A DNA stretch of 64,000 nt from Pristiophorus japonicus (GCF_044704955.1 NC_091999.1:17422001-17486000), one strand, 5' to 3'. Positions 1-13,570 are shown, counted from the stretch's first letter. Translations and numbers: made by a program. Notes: generated by a model not told the origin, from the sequence alone.

Positions 1-475
1 AGTTATGGGAAGTGGTCCCGATTGTCAAAGATCCCGACATGGATCTTGATAATCGAGGAGCAGTACTGTGTAGCGGGGTCGGGTTGCTGGAGAACGTTTG
101 TCATACTGATGCTTAATGAAAGGCCCACTATCTCGTATGCTCCAGTGAAATGTCAATGATGGTTTGGTGTATGGGCTCTGAATGTGCACAAATGCAAGCA
201 ACGTCTGAATACTGTAATTCAATGAAAGAGGCTGGACCTACCTTGGATCTGTACCGGAGGCGTCACAGGTTGAACAATTTCCTGCTTGTCCATTAGATTA
301 ACTACACACCAGTGGCGAGATTTTTAAAGGTGATGTGAAGCATTGCAGCGAGGAAGATTGAGAAGAGCGTCCTTGTGATGACACAGCCTTGCTTAACCTC
401 CTTCTGAACTTATATTGTGTTTGTAGTAGATCCTTTGGTGATAAATTTCAGAGGAGAACCAAATTTGAGAATGAC

Positions 476-1027
476 TGATGTGGAGTATTAAAAAAGATAC
501 TCGATACAAGTTTTTCCATGTTTCTGTTTTTATACAGTCAAAATACATACAAAATCATAAAGTTCCATGTGGAGGCTTTCCATTTGTTGTTTCCCTGCTG
601 CGTCACAAATTTTTCTCCTACCTACTACGATAACAAATATTAATTGTTTAATACAATTACTTTGAAAGCAAGCTTCGTTACGTCCTCTGTGCACTTTTTA
701 TCTGATAAGTTAAGTGTCACATCATTCTTAGCTCTTCTCCTCTTTGCCTAACTGCTTTGAATCAGGTGAGATATTCTTCAATCATCTTTTGTTTCCCGTA
801 GTCTCTTACTACCCCATGTAACGTAGCCTTGGAATGTATTTTTCTCAACTGTCTGGTTTATACTGTGATAAGATGATCTATCTTCCTGAGCGTTCTAGTT
901 CTATCATTTTCCCTATGTTCGTAGCACGTATTTTTTTCTCTTACAAACTTGCTTTTAATTTTTAGCTTTACTTAATTAGGTCCCCTTATTAACCAATTAG
1001 GTTCACGCTACATATTTTTTTTCTGCA
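476..1027. mobile_element. Probable solo LTR (552 bp) inserted in the RTE relic
   Basis: AT-rich insert starts TG (476) and ends CA (1027), flanked by direct repeat ATGAC (471-475, 1028-1032). The RTE frame LWSV|ILKFG is restored on removal. Confidence 0.65.
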
Positions 1028-1885
1028 ATGACACTCCATAATCCCTCATGGTTGACGGATTCGGAGACCTTTGTGAGAGCAAAGTAAGCGATGTACAAAG
1101 ATTGAAGTAGCTCCATACATTTTTCGTGGAATTGTCACACGGTGAATATCATGCCCATTGTGCCCCTTAGTTTGTGGAATCCGCATTTCGACTGTGGGAG
1201 GAGCTCTTCAGTCATTGGGAGGAGATAATTGAGGATGACTTGTGCGATAATTGTTCTTGCGGATTTCTGTAATTACTGCAATCGGACTTGTCACCTTTCT
1301 TGAAGATGGGCACGATTACAGCATCTTTGAGAGGCCCTGGTATGCTCTCCTCCTTCCAGTTAAGGGATATGAGGACATGAATTCGGGCCAAGTGTATTAA
1401 ACCACCATGTGTTAGTGCTTTGGTGGGGATTCCTGAGGCCTTGTTGTTCTTCAGTTGTCAGAAAGCCTTTTCACTCTCGTGCTGGGCCAGGATTTTACCG
1501 ATGTGGTGACGGGTTATATGTTGTGGGATGGGGCCAAGGACACTCACATCAAAGACAGAGGCTTGGTTGAGGTGATCCACGAAATGCTCCTTCCAGCGGC
1601 TAATGACTGCCTCTATGTCCATGATGAGCACTCCTCCATTCTAGGCTCTCAGTAGAATCGGACAGTGTGCTTGGGCCGTAGGTGATCTTGATTGTGCTAA
1701 AAAAAAATCCACGCACGTCATGATTGTCAGCTAATTGCTGGATCTCCTGCGCGTTTTCCACCCACCATCTGTTCTTATGTCACGAGTTTTTTGTTGTACC
1801 TCAGCCTTTACTTGTCTCTAGAACTGCTTGCTTTCACTCGAGTTGTGGTGTTGTTTCCAATTAAGAAATGATTTGCGTTTGCGGT

Positions 1886-2980
1886 TTGTCAGACAGGAAG
1901 CAAAGAGTAGGAGTAAATGGGGACTTTTCAGAATGGCAGGCAGTGACTCGTGGGGTACCGCAAGGTTCTGTGCTGGGGCCCCAGCTGTTTACACTGTACA
2001 TTAATGATTTAGACAAGGGGATTAAATGTAGTATCTCCAAATTTGCGGATGACACTAAGTTGGGTGGCAGTGTGAGCTGCAGGGAGGATTCTATGAGGCT
2101 GCAGAGCGACTTGGATAGGTTAGGTGAGTGGGCAAATGCATGGCAGATGAAGTATAATGTGGATAAATGTGCGTTTATCCACTTTGGTGGTAAAAACAGA
2201 GAGACAGACTATTATCTTAATGGTGACAGATTCGGAAAAGGAGAGGTGCAACGAGACCTGGGTGTCATGGTACATCAGTCATTGAAGGTTGGCATGCAGG
2301 TACAGCAGGCGGTTAAGAAAGCAAATGGCATGTTGGCCTTCATAGCGAGGAGATTTGAGTACAAGGGCAGGGAGGTGTTGCTACAATTGTACAGGACCTT
2401 GGTGAGGCCACACCTGGAGTATTGTGTACAGTTTTGGTCTCCTAACCTGAGGAAGGACATTCTTGCTATTGAGGGAGTGCAGCGAATGTTCACCAGACTG
2501 ATTCCCGGGATGGCGGGACTGACCTATCAAGAAAGACTGGATCAACTGGGCTTGTATTCACTGGAGTTCAGAAGAATGAGAGGGGATCTCATAGAAACGT
2601 TTAAAATTCTGACGGGGTTAGACAGGTTAGATGCAGGAAGAATGTTCCCAATGTTGGGGAAGTCCAGAACCAGGGGACACAGTCTAAGGATAAGGGGGAA
2701 GCCATTTAGGACTGAGATGAGGAGGAATTTCTTCACCCAGAGAGTGGTGAACCTGTGGAATTCTCTACCACAGAAAGTTGTTGAGGCCAATTCACTAAAT
2801 ATATTCAAAAAGGAGTTAGATGAAGTCCTTACTACTAGGGGAATCAAGGGGTATGGTGAGAAAGCAGGAATGGGGTACTGAAGTTGCATGTTCAGCCATG
2901 AACTCATTGAATGGCGGTGCAGGCTAGAAGGGTCGAATGGCCTACTCTTGCACCTATTTTCTATGTTTCTATGTTTCTAT
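1886..2980 (+). mobile_element. Young 5'-truncated CR1-clade LINE (RT C-terminus, 3' UTR, (TTTCTATG)n tail)
   Basis: Uninterrupted ORF 1868-2881 with GVPQGSVLGP, FADD, LEYCVQFWSP; tail TTTCTATGTTTCTATGTTTCTAT. Confidence 0.95.
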
Positions 2981-3859
2981 TAGCTCCTGGATCTCTTGGT
3001 CATTCGCATCGAACCAGTTTTGATATTTTCTGGTTTTGTAGCCAAGAGTTTATTCGCAGATGCTAATTTTAGTGGATTTAGGCAGAACAGGCACGATGGA
3101 CACTCTGCGGCTTTGGTTGATTGGAAGTCGTTCGGTAGGCTCTGAGCAGTTGGCTGATTAGGACTTTCTTTGCAGGGTCTTTGACAGCTTCAATGTTGAT
3201 TTTTTACGGCAGCATTTATGTTGCCCCTGCTGTTTTGAGGCTGTATTGATGGAGATAATAGAGCGGATTAGGCGGTGGTCAATCCAGCAGTCAGTAGCTC
3301 CTGCAATGTCATGAGTGATGCGGACATCCTTGTGGTCCCTCACTCGGATGCCAGTGCCTGGAGCGAGGGTGTTGCCATGTGGCCTTGTATTTGTCATTCT
3401 GACGAAACAAGGTGTTGGATATGACAAGACCATGTTATAAGCAATTCCTCAGGAGGAGAATCCCATTGGAGTTGGTTTTCCCTACTCCTTCCCTGGCAAT
3501 CACTCCTCTCATGAGGTCTGTGTCCTTTGCAACTCTGCCGTTAAAGTCATCAAGGAGAATCAGCGTGTTGCCTGTTGGGAGTCGGGTCAGGGATTGTTCC
3601 AGGCTGGAGTAGAATTCCTCTTTGTTCGTGTCCGTAGTATCCAGGGTTGATGCGTATGCCCCATTGAGATGGTGTTCTTCTTCTGGTGTGCCGTTTGAGA
3701 ATGTGTATCAACCACCTTGTTCCTTCAGCTGACCTTGTCCTGCCCACTGTGAGGCACAGCACAGAAGCCAAGTCGGGAAGCCAAGACAGGCAATAAAGTT
3801 GGCATCCAGGGTAGGTTCATCACAAACCAGCAGTGAGGTCGGAGTCTGAGGCCAACAGC

Positions 3860-4010
3860 AAGGTCGGTACTCGAGGAAGGTAAGGTACGGAACAACAGGG
3901 TGATCGGGACCCAGGGAAGGTACAGCACGGTCCAACAGGTAGGTTGCGACCAGGAAAGGTACAGCACGGACCAACAAGGAGATCGGGACCCAGGGAAGAT
4001 ACAGAAAATA
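3860..4010. repeat. Short imperfect direct repeats (GGTACAGCACGGWCCAACA / GATCGGGACCCAGGGAAG)
   Basis: Two to three interleaved copies visible; origin unknown. Confidence 0.5.
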
Positions 4011-4336
4011 CCAGCAGGGAGGTCGTCACATGTGGCTAGCAGCATGGCCGGGACCCGAGGCGAGCAGCGAGGTCGAGACACGAGGCCAGAATGTACGTGG
4101 TCACTAGAAAACAACCAACGACAAAAGTGTGAGCTGTTGGAGAGAGAATCGAAAAGCGCAGGAGAGTCACGTGCTGGAGCTGGTGCCGCGGTGGGGGGCG
4201 GGTGGCGGGGCACTGTGTCAGTATACTATGCACAAGTCCGCAAACTGCTCCACGATTAAGGTACTCACCTACACTGTGATCTCTGAAAACCAGGTAGAGA
4301 GGACCTGACAGAGCAGGTCAGTAGGAAGATCGAAGC

Positions 4337-6320
4337 ATAGAAACATAGAAAATAGATGCAGGAGTAGGCCATTCGGACTTTCGAGCCTGCACCACCATTA
4401 AATAAGATCATGGCTGAACATTCACCTCAATACCCATTTCCTGCCTTCTCTCCATACCCCTTGCTCCCTTTAGCCATAAGGTCCATATTCAACTCCCGCC
4501 TGAATATATCTAACGAACTGCCATCAACAACTCCCTGCGGAAAAGAATTCCACAGGAGAGCAACTCTCTGAGTGAAGCAGTTTCTCCTCATCTCGGTCCT
4601 AAATGGCTTACTCCTTAACCTTAGACTCTGATCTCTGGTTCTGAACTCCCCCAACATCGTGATCATTCTTTCTGCATTTAACCTGTCCGGTCCCGTCAGA
4701 ATTTAGTATGTTTGTAGGAGATCCCCTCTCATTCTTCTAAACTCCAGCGAAAAGAAGCCCAGTCGATCCAGTCTCTCCTCAGATGTCAGTCCTGCCATAC
4801 CGGGCATCAGTCTGGTGAACCTGCGCTGCACTCCCTCAATAGCAAGAACTTCCTTCCTCAGATTAGGGGACCAAAAGTGAACACTATATTCCAAGTGAGG
4901 CCTCACCAAGGCCCTGTAGAGCTGCAGGAAGCCTTCCCTGTTCAGCTACTCAAATCCCCTAGCTATGAACGCCAAACTGCCATTTGCCTTCTTCACCACT
5001 TGCTGCACCTGCACTTCAAGCATCAATGACTTACGTACCATGACACGCAGGTCTTGTTGCACCTCCCCTTTACATAATCTGCCACCATTCAGATAATATT
5101 CTGGCTTCACGTTTTGCCACCAAATTGGATAACCGCACATTTGTCCACATTATACTGCATCTGCGATGCATTTGCTTACTCACCTAACCTGTCCGAGTCA
5201 TCCTGCAGTCTCCTAGCATCCTCCTCACAGGTCACACCACCACCCAGCTTAGTGTCATCTGCAAGCTTGGAGATATTACTCTCAATGCCTGCATCTAAAT
5301 CATTCATGTATGTTGTAAATATCTGTGATCCCAGCACTGACCCCTGTGGCACCCCACTCGTCACTGCCTGCAATTCTGAAAAGGACACGATTAACCCAAC
5401 TCTCTGCTTACTGTCTGCTAACCATTTCTCTATCCACGTCAATACATTGCTCCCAATACCATGTGCTTTACTTTTGCACACCAATCTCTTGTGTGGGACC
5501 TTGTCAAAAGCCTTTTGAAAGTCCAAATACATCACATCCACTGGTCCTCCCTTGTCCACTCCACTAGTTACATCCTCAAAAAGTCTAAAAGATTTTTCAA
5601 GCATGATTTCCCTTTCCTAAATCCATGCTGACTTGGAGCGCACCTTTCACTGATTTCCAAATGCCACTAATTCATCTTTAACAACTGATTCCAACATTTC
5701 CCCCAATACTTATGTCAGGCTAATTGGTCTATAATTTCCCCTTTTCTCTCTCCCTCCTTTTTTAAAAAGTGGTGTTACATTAACTACCTTCCAGTCCATA
5801 GGAACTAATCCAGAGCCGATAGACTGTTGGAAAATTATCATCGATGCATCCATTATTTCTTGGGTCACTTCCGTAAGTACTCGTGGGATGCAGACTATCA
5901 GGCCCTGGGAATTTATCGGCCTTCAACCCCGTCAATTTCCCTTACACAATTTCCTGCCCAATAAGAATTTCCTTCAGGTCCTCCTTCTCGCTAGACCATC
6001 GAGAAGGAGAAACTAGTATTTCTGAAACGTTCGTTGTGTCTTCCTCAGTGAAGTCAGAACAAAAGTATTTGTTCAATTGATCTGCCATTTCTTTGTTTCC
6101 CATTATAAATTCACTTGATTCTGATTGAAAGGGCCCTACGTTTGTCTTCACTAATCTTTTCCTCCTTGCATATCTATAGAAGCTTTTGCAGTCAGTTTTT
6201 CTGTTCCCAGAAAGCTTCCTCTCTTAATCTATTTTCCCCATCCGAAATTGACCCTTTGTCCTCCTCTGCTGAATTGTAAATTTCTCCCAGTCCTCAGGTT
6301 TGCTGCTTTTTCTGGCCATG
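4337..6320 (-). mobile_element. Degenerate CR1 LINE fragment
   Basis: Reverse tail CATAGAAACATAGAAA at 4337; broken minus-strand ORFs with YLDFQKAFDKVPH, GVPQGSVLG, LADD, HLEYSVHFWSP. Confidence 0.92.
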
Positions 6321-6614
6321 TCCAACAGGCACATTCCTATTTATGTTTTTGGTGATTCCATAAGTTAGTGGAATCTCCATGATCATAACTGGGATTCACC
6401 TTTTGATTGGTCGGCCTGGCCCAATGATCCCAGGGTCACATGCTAAACGCGTGCACCCCTGGGATATGTGGACCTTTATGCATGCGTACCTGTAGAGGCC
6501 CAGGAGCGCCAGTGTTCGAACTTCCGTGACCATCAGTTAGGGTCGTATTTTCTCGTGGTTCAGAGGCATTCGACCATGGGAAAGCTCTGACCGCAAATTC
6601 AGGCCAATAATATT

Positions 6615-6900
6615 CGATAGAGACAGATCGATAGAAGGAGTGATGGAGACAGATAGATGGAGAGATAGACAGATTTAGATAGCAACATATAAATACAGTT
6701 AGAAAGAGAGATAGATAGATTATGGAGATACATAAATATGTAGATAATTGTAGAAGGATTCTGTGTGAGAGATATTAATCGATGCATCAACAGAAACGTA
6801 CATAGAAAGATGGAAAGTGGTGGATGGTTGGATAGATATGCATATGGTTAAACTGTACTTGTAGTGATACGCGGAAAGATAAATCAACAGAGAACAAATT
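6615..6900. repeat. Degenerate (GATA)n microsatellite
   Basis: Runs of GATA/GACA. Confidence 0.7.
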
Positions 6901-7174
6901 TATGAGTAAGTAACATTGATAGATAAATGTAATCATTCGTTCGTGATAGACACACAAGCTAAGTTTGGACTGATTTCACTTTAGGCAAGTTCAATCTGCT
7001 ATAATTTGTAGCATATTTGCTCAGCCGCAATTACTGGCCCAAACAGTGTTGCTCCTGATGTTCGTGTCTTCAGCACATTCTCTCCGAACTTAATGTGGAA
7101 AAGCAGATTGTAAGTTCTTACACTCTAACTCAGACCCTGCTGATGTGAGCGTGTGGGTTACTGTTCGGAGCATG

Positions 7175-10100
7175 TTACACAGTGCAGCAGCGCGATCGCC
7201 ATTCAAAGCTCTGCGACCTGAAAATGTACAGCAAGGGATTGAGGAAGGCAATGAATGAAGTGAGGGTCCAGTTGTAAAATTTACCATTGCCCCTGTAAAA
7301 AAAACTGAGAATGGATCCGCTGGATCTAGCAAATCCTTTATCTCAAAATACAATCAAAATACAATTCAGGGATGTGATAAGGGTCAAAGCAGAAAAGAAG
7401 AAACAAAATTACACGAATGTACTTCAGCACTTTCTTCTTCATCAGCTCCATAGATTCCTTCTCAGCTCCCACTTCTATCATTATTTTTGTGGTTAGGGTA
7501 TAGCAGATCAACAACATCAGGATTGGAAATAATTTAATTTAAAAAAATTGCATGAAAATTTGCCACGATAATTGCATAAAGTTGCATGAAACCTTAGCAG
7601 CTAGTTCTCATTGTGAAAAGGTTATCAGGCTCAGGGCAAAACTGCCACCCAAATTGCATAGGCTAGAATGAGGTAGCATCGAGGCCTTCTCCAGACATGA
7701 GACCTAATGTGGTGGACAAAAAAATATATTGGTCAAGGAGATGGGGTAGCGTTGCTGGTTAAAGAGGAGATTAAAGTAATAGTAAAGAAGGACATTAGCT
7801 TGGATGATGCGGAATCTGTATGGGTAGAGCTGCGGAACACCAAAGGGCAGAAAACGCTAGTGGAATTTGTGTACGGACTACCAAACAGTCATAGTGAGGT
7901 GGGGGTGGCATCAAACAGGAAATTAGAGATGCGTGCAATAAAGGTACAGCAGTTTTCATGGGTGACTTTAATTTACATATAGATTGGGCTAACCAAACTG
8001 GTAGCAATATGGTGGAGGAGGATTTCCTGGAGTGTATAAGCGATGGTTTTCTAGACCAATATGTCGAGGAATCAACTAGAGAGCTGGCCATCCTAGATTG
8101 TGTAATGAGAGAGGATTAATTAGCAATCTTGTTCTGCGAGGCCACTTGGGGAACAGTGACCTTAATTTGATATAATTCTTCATTAAGATGGAGAGTGACA
8201 CAGTTAATTCAGAGACTAGGGTCCTGAAATTAAAGAATGTTAATTTCGATGGAATGAAACGGATTGGCTAGGATAGACTGGCGAATGATACTTAAAGGGT
8301 TGACGGTGGATAGGCAATGGCAGACTTTTAAAGATCACATGGATGAACTTCAATAATTACATATCCTTGTCTGGCATAAAAATAAAACGGGGAAAGTGGC
8401 TCAACCGTGGCTATCAAGTGAAATTCGAGATTGTGTTAAATCCAAGGAAGAAGCATATAAACTGGCCAGAAAAGCAGCAAACCTGAGCACTGGGAGAAAT
8501 TTAGAATTCAGCAGAGGAGGACAAAGGATTTAATTAGGAGGGGGCAACTAGAGTATGAGAGGAAGCTTGCCGAGAACATGAAAACTGACAGCAAAGCTTC
8601 GATAGATATGTAAAGAGAAAAAAATTAGTTAGGACAAATGTAGGTCCCTTGCAGTCAGAATCAGGTGTTAGGGAAATTGATGGGATTGACGGTCGATAAA
8701 ACCCCAGGGACTGATAGTCTGCATCCCTGAGTATTTGAGGAAGTGGCCCTAGAAATAATGGATGCATTGGTGCTCATTTTCCAACATTCTATAGATTCTA
8801 GATCAGTTCCTATGGATTGGAGGATAGCTAATGTAACCCCACGTTTTAAAAAAGGTGGGAGAGAGAAAACAGGGAATTATAGACCGGTTAGCCTGACATC
8901 GGGAGTGGGGAAAATGTTGTAATCCATCATTGAAGATGTAATAGCAGCGCATTTGGAAAGCAGTGACAGGATCTGTCCAAGTCAGCATGGATTAATGAAA
9001 GGGAAATCATGTTTGCCAAATCGTCTTGAAGTTTTTTAGGATGTAACCAGTAGCGTGGACAAGGGAGAACCAGTGGTTGTGATGTATTTGGACTTTCAAA
9101 CGGCTTTTGGCCAGGTCCCACATAAGGGATTAGTGTGTAAAAATTAAAGCACATGGTATTGGGGGTAATGTATTTACGTAGATAGAGAACTGATTGGCAG
9201 ACAGGAAGCAAAGAGTAGGAATAAACGGTTCCTTTTCAGAATTGCAGACAGTGACGAGTGGGGTACCTCAAGGTTCAGTGCTGGGACCTCAGCTAGTTAC
9301 GATATACATTAATGATTTAGGCGAAGGAATTGAATGTAATATTTCCAAGTTTGCAGATGACACTAAGTTGGATGGCAGTGTGAGCTGTGAGGAAGATGGT
9401 AACAGGCTGCAGGGTGACTTGGACAGGTTAGGTGAGTGGACAAATGCATGGCAAATGCAGTATAATATAGATAAATGTGAGGTTACCCACTTTGGTGACA
9501 AAAACAGGGAAGCAAAATATTATCTGAATGGTGACAAATAAGAAAAGTGGAGGTGCAACGAGACCTGGGTGTCATGGTACATCAGTAATTGAAAGTTGGC
9601 ATGAAGTTTCAGCAAGCGGTGAATGGCATATTGGCCTTCTTCGCGAGAGTTATTGAATATAAGAGCAGGAAGGTCTTACTGAAGTTGTACAAGGGCCACA
9701 CCTTCATATTTGTGTAGAGTTTTGGTCTCCTTACCTGAGGAAGGACATTCTTGCTATTGAGGGAGTGCAGCGAAGGTTCAAAAGACAGATTCGCGGGATG
9801 GCAGAACTGACATATGAAGAAAGACTGGATCGACTAGGCTTATATTCACTGGAATTTAGAAGAATGAGAGGGGATCTCATAGAAACATGTAAAATTCTGA
9901 CGGGATTGGACTGGTTAGATGCAAGAAGCATGGTCCCGATGTTGTGGAAGTCCAGGACCATGATTCTAAGGATAAGGGATAAGCAAATTAGGACCGAGAT
10001 GAGAAGAAACCTCTTCACTAGAGAAATGTGAAGCTGTGGAATTCTCTACCACAGAAAGTTGTTGAGGCCAGTTCGTTAGATATATTCAAAAGGGAGTTAG

Positions 10101-10654
10101 ATGTGACACTTGCAGCTAAAGGGATCAAGGGGTATGGAGAGAAAGCGGGAATGGGGTAATGAAGTTGCATGATCAGCCATGATCATATTGAATGGTGGTG
10201 CAGGCTCGAAGGGCCGAATGGCCTACTTTTTCACCTATTTTCTATGTTTCTATGTAATCGCAATGCAGGTCATGAAAAGTGCGTTGCCATCAAGATTGAT
10301 TGGACGCAAGAGGGCACTGACATCACGGAATTACTCCATAATCTGCTTCCAAGGATACATTGAATATGGGAAAGTATAGAGACCAGGATAATCAAGAAGT
10401 CGGTGATCATTAAATCCAGAAGGAGGACATCACTTGCTTGTGAGACCTTCTTCATTCGTATGATGTGCCACAGTGCACTTGAGGTCCCGGTAATGCCCGA
10501 TACAAGCACTAATACAAGGAAACAGGGAAGGGCGATGATTTTGATCTGAGCCACTTCGTCATAGGCGTTGTCCATCGAGGGCCCAGTCTGATTGGATGAG
10601 TTGATCTCCGACCAGGATCTGTTGACTTGCGTTCCAACTCTCAAAACTAACCAT
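7175..10654 (-). pseudogene. Single-exon class A GPCR pseudogene (P2Y/chemoattractant/bradykinin-like group) split by a CR1 insertion
   Basis: 10654-10256: N-terminal sequons NRS/NSS/NQT, TM1 IIALPCFLVLVLVSG, TM2 LLLDLMITDF, TM3 NLDGNALFMTCIAI. 7734-7175: DQY..VHHIRSHVWRRPR, TM4 YAIWVAV, TM5 FPILMLLICY, TM6 CFDPYH, TM7 FLNPLLYIF. Several frameshifts and stops. Confidence 0.88.
7737..10255 (+). mobile_element. Degenerate CR1 LINE (endonuclease C-terminal part + RT, internal deletion) inserted in the GPCR
   Basis: GDGVALLVK..ESVWVEL, MGDFN-type motif, NYRPVSLTS, GVPQGSVLGP, FADD; tail TTTCTATGTTTCTATGT ending ~10255. Confidence 0.92.
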
Positions 10655-10819
10655 TTGATGTTGTGGCAAATAATAAAGAGCAACCAATCAAAATATGGGG
10701 TAAATTAAAGATATATTCTCCAAAAACAGTTGATACTGCCCTGTAAGGTTATTTGTTGTTGAAGTTATCAGTTGCTTCTCCACCATGTTAATCCGATCTC
10801 AGTGGGTTTGACTGGTTGA

Positions 10820-12062
10820 AGTTACCTCCTTTTTGAGGAATTAACCAGGTTGGTCGATGAGGGCCAACCATATGAAGTAATGTATATGGACTTTCGCAAA
10901 GCATTTGATAAGGTCTCACATGGCAAACTAATCACAAAAGTAAAAACTCTTGCGATACAAGGCAAAGTGGCAAGTTGGACCAAAAATTGGCTCAGAGGCA
11001 GGAAGCAATGGATAACGGTTGATGGGTGTTTTTGTTGCTGGAAAGATCTTTCCAGTGGTGTTCCACAGGGCTCAGTTCTAGATCTCAACTTTTTGTGATA
11101 TACATCAATGATCTAGACTTGAATATAGGGGGTATGATTGAGAAGTTTGCAGATGATACTAAAACTGGCTATATGGTTGATAATGAAGAGGAAAGTTGCG
11201 TAATGCAGGAAGATATGAATCAACTGGTCATGGGTGCAGAATAGTGCAAATTTGAATTGAATCCAGAGAACTGTGAGGTAATGCATTTGGGGATGGCTAT
11301 CAAGGAACGGGAATACACTTTAAATGGTTGCAACTGAGAAGTGTAGAAGAACAAAGGGACTCTGGATGTCCAAAGTGCATGTCCACAGATCCCTGAAAGT
11401 AATAGAGCAGGTAGATAAGCTGGTTAAGAAGGCATACGGAATGCTTGCCTTTATTAGGCAAGGCATAGCATACAATAAAGGTGGTTTATGTTTGAACTGT
11501 ATAAAATACTGGTTAGGCCACAGCTGTAGTACTGGTCACGACATTAAAGGAAGGGCGTGATTGCACTCGAGAGGGTATAGAGGAGATTTAGGAGGATGTT
11601 GGCAGCAGTGGAGAATATTAACTGTGAGTACAGATTGCACAGGCTAAATTTGTTTTCCTAGGAACAGACGAGGCTGAGGGGTGAACTGATTGAGGTGTAT
11701 TCATTTATGAGGGGCCAAGATAGAATAGATAGAAAGGGTCTATTTCCCATAGAAGAGGGGTCGACATACAGCGGGCATAAATTTAAAGTAATTGGTAGAA
11801 GGTTTAGAGGGCAGTTGAAGGGAATTTCTTAACGCAGAGCGTTACTGAGGTCTGGAACTCACTGGCTGAAAGGCTGGCATAGGGAGAAACCCTCACCACA
11901 TTTACAAAGTACTTGAATGTGCAGTTGAAGTATCGTAACCTGCAGGGTTACGGACCAAGGCTGGGAAGTGGGATTTGGCTGGTTTGCCTCTGATTGACTG
12001 GCATAGTCACGATGGGAGGAAATGGCCTCCTTTCGTGCTGTAAACTTTTGTGATTCTATGAT
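10820..12062 (+). mobile_element. Older CR1 subfamily 3' fragment
   Basis: YMDFRKAFDKVSH, GVPQGSVL, FADD; tail GATTCTATGAT ~12052. Confidence 0.88.
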
Positions 12063-12215
12063 GTTGCTCTCTGAAATCTTTGGAAACCAGTAGATACGAG
12101 AGATCCCTGAGGGTCCAGCATGCATAATTTCACACATCAAGGACGAAACTGCATCCTGTAAATGGACGGATATGATTAAAGTTATTGAAATACTGAAAAT
12201 AATGTCATCCTATAC

Positions 12216-12941
12216 GTGAGAAAGCGAGATATCTGTGCACTGACTAATGTCTCAGTCGCTCTCCCTCCCGATGTTAACTGTATATTTACAGATGTCTCGA
12301 TGCCCCCCACCCCTCTCGCAGGAAAACATATTTACGTTGACTGGTGTCTCCCAGTCTCTTGTCACTCAAGAAATGTTTGTACAGTGCTGGTATCTCTCAG
12401 TCCCTTCCCAACTCAGGGAGATTTCTGTAGACTGGCTGGTGTCCCTCAGTCCCTGCTCGCACAAGAGATATCTGTGCAGTGCCTGGCGTCTCAGTCTACT
12501 CTCCCTGAGGGAGATAGCTCTACACTGGCAAGTGTCTCTCCGTCCCTGTCCAGCATGGAGGTATCAATATATCGACAGTTTTCCTCATTCCCCTATCCCT
12601 CATGGCTATACCTGCATACTCAAGAAATATCTGGACACTGACGGGTGTCTCTCTGTCTCATGTCCTGAGGTGCTATCTGTACAATGGACGGTTTATCTCT
12701 GTCCCTCTCCTTCATGGATATATGAGAATATTGACTGATGTCGTTCAGTTCCACTCCACAGGGAGATATCTGTACATTGACTGATTTCTCTCACTCCTTC
12801 TCCATCAGGGAGAGATCTCGACATTGATTGGTATCCATATGACTTCCTCCCTCAGGGACATATCAGTACATCGACTGGTGTCTCAGTCTGTAACCCTCAT
12901 GGTAATAGCTGCACAGTGTCGGGTGCCTCTTAGTCCCTGCT
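12216..12941. repeat. Degenerate ~47-bp minisatellite (GGAGATATCTGTACATTGACTGGTGTCTCTCAGTCCC...), running into a gap
   Basis: Recurrent GAGATATCTGT.CA..GACTG core at ~46-47 bp spacing. Confidence 0.8.
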
Positions 12942-13151
12942 NNNNNNNNNNNNNNNNNNNNNNNNNNNNNNNNNNNNNNNNNNNNNNNNNNNNNNNNNNN
13001 NNNNNNNNNNNNNNNNNNNNNNNNNNNNNNNNNNNNNNNNNNNNNNNNNNNNNNNNNNNNNNNNNNNNNNNNNNNNNNNNNNNNNNNNNNNNNNNNNNNN
13101 NNNNNNNNNNNNNNNNNNNNNNNNNNNNNNNNNNNNNNNNNNNNNNNNNNN
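12942..13151. other. Assembly gap (210 N)
   Basis: N run. Confidence 1.
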
Positions 13152-13570
13152 GGGAGATTGAGTAGACTACTCCTATATCCTCTAGAGTTACGAAGAATAA
13201 AATGTCATATAAAAACTACAAAATTCTTCCAGGGCTTTACAGAGTAGACGCAGGCAAGATCTGGCAGGAGAGTCTAGAACTAGGCTTTCACTATCTCAGG
13301 ATAAATCAGGACTTAGATGAAGAGAAATGTCTTCACAGAGGTGGGTGATTCTTTGGAATTCTCTGCTCAAGAGGGCAGTGGAGGCATACTCGTTCAGTAA
13401 GTTCAAGGCAGATATCGATAGATTGTCGAATAATAAGTGAATCAAGGGATTCTTGATAGTGCTGGAAAGTGCAGTTGAGGTACAAGATCAGCCATTACTT
13501 TACTGAAGGGCGGAGCAGGCTCGTGGGGCCAAATGGCCTCTTACTGCTCCTATTTTTTATGTTATTATGT
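13152..13570 (+). mobile_element. Old CR1 3'-end fragment
   Basis: Similar to the 3' UTR of other CR1 copies (GGAATTCTCT..., GGCGGAGCAGGCTCG..GGCC...TTTTTATGTTATTATGT). Confidence 0.75.

Larger units (their letters stand above)
1..3750 (-). mobile_element. Degenerate RTE-clade LINE (APE endonuclease + RT) in three pieces: 2981-3750, 1028-1885 and 1-475
   Basis: Minus-strand translations give RTE-type motifs GQLKEQGG*YTF, AYASTL..KEEFYSSL, WFDANDQEIQEL|NRKRKSFLNWK, IVPIFKKGDKSDCSNYR, QGCVI, KLFNL*RL and ELQYSD. Reading resumes across both nested insertions. Confidence 0.85.

Noticed and set aside
12216-12941. Periodic repeats (also 27751, 32520, 34075, 36820, 42240, 63585) as CRISPR-like arrays
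   Set aside because: Head-to-tail degenerate units without unique spacers, no cas genes, vertebrate context: minisatellites.
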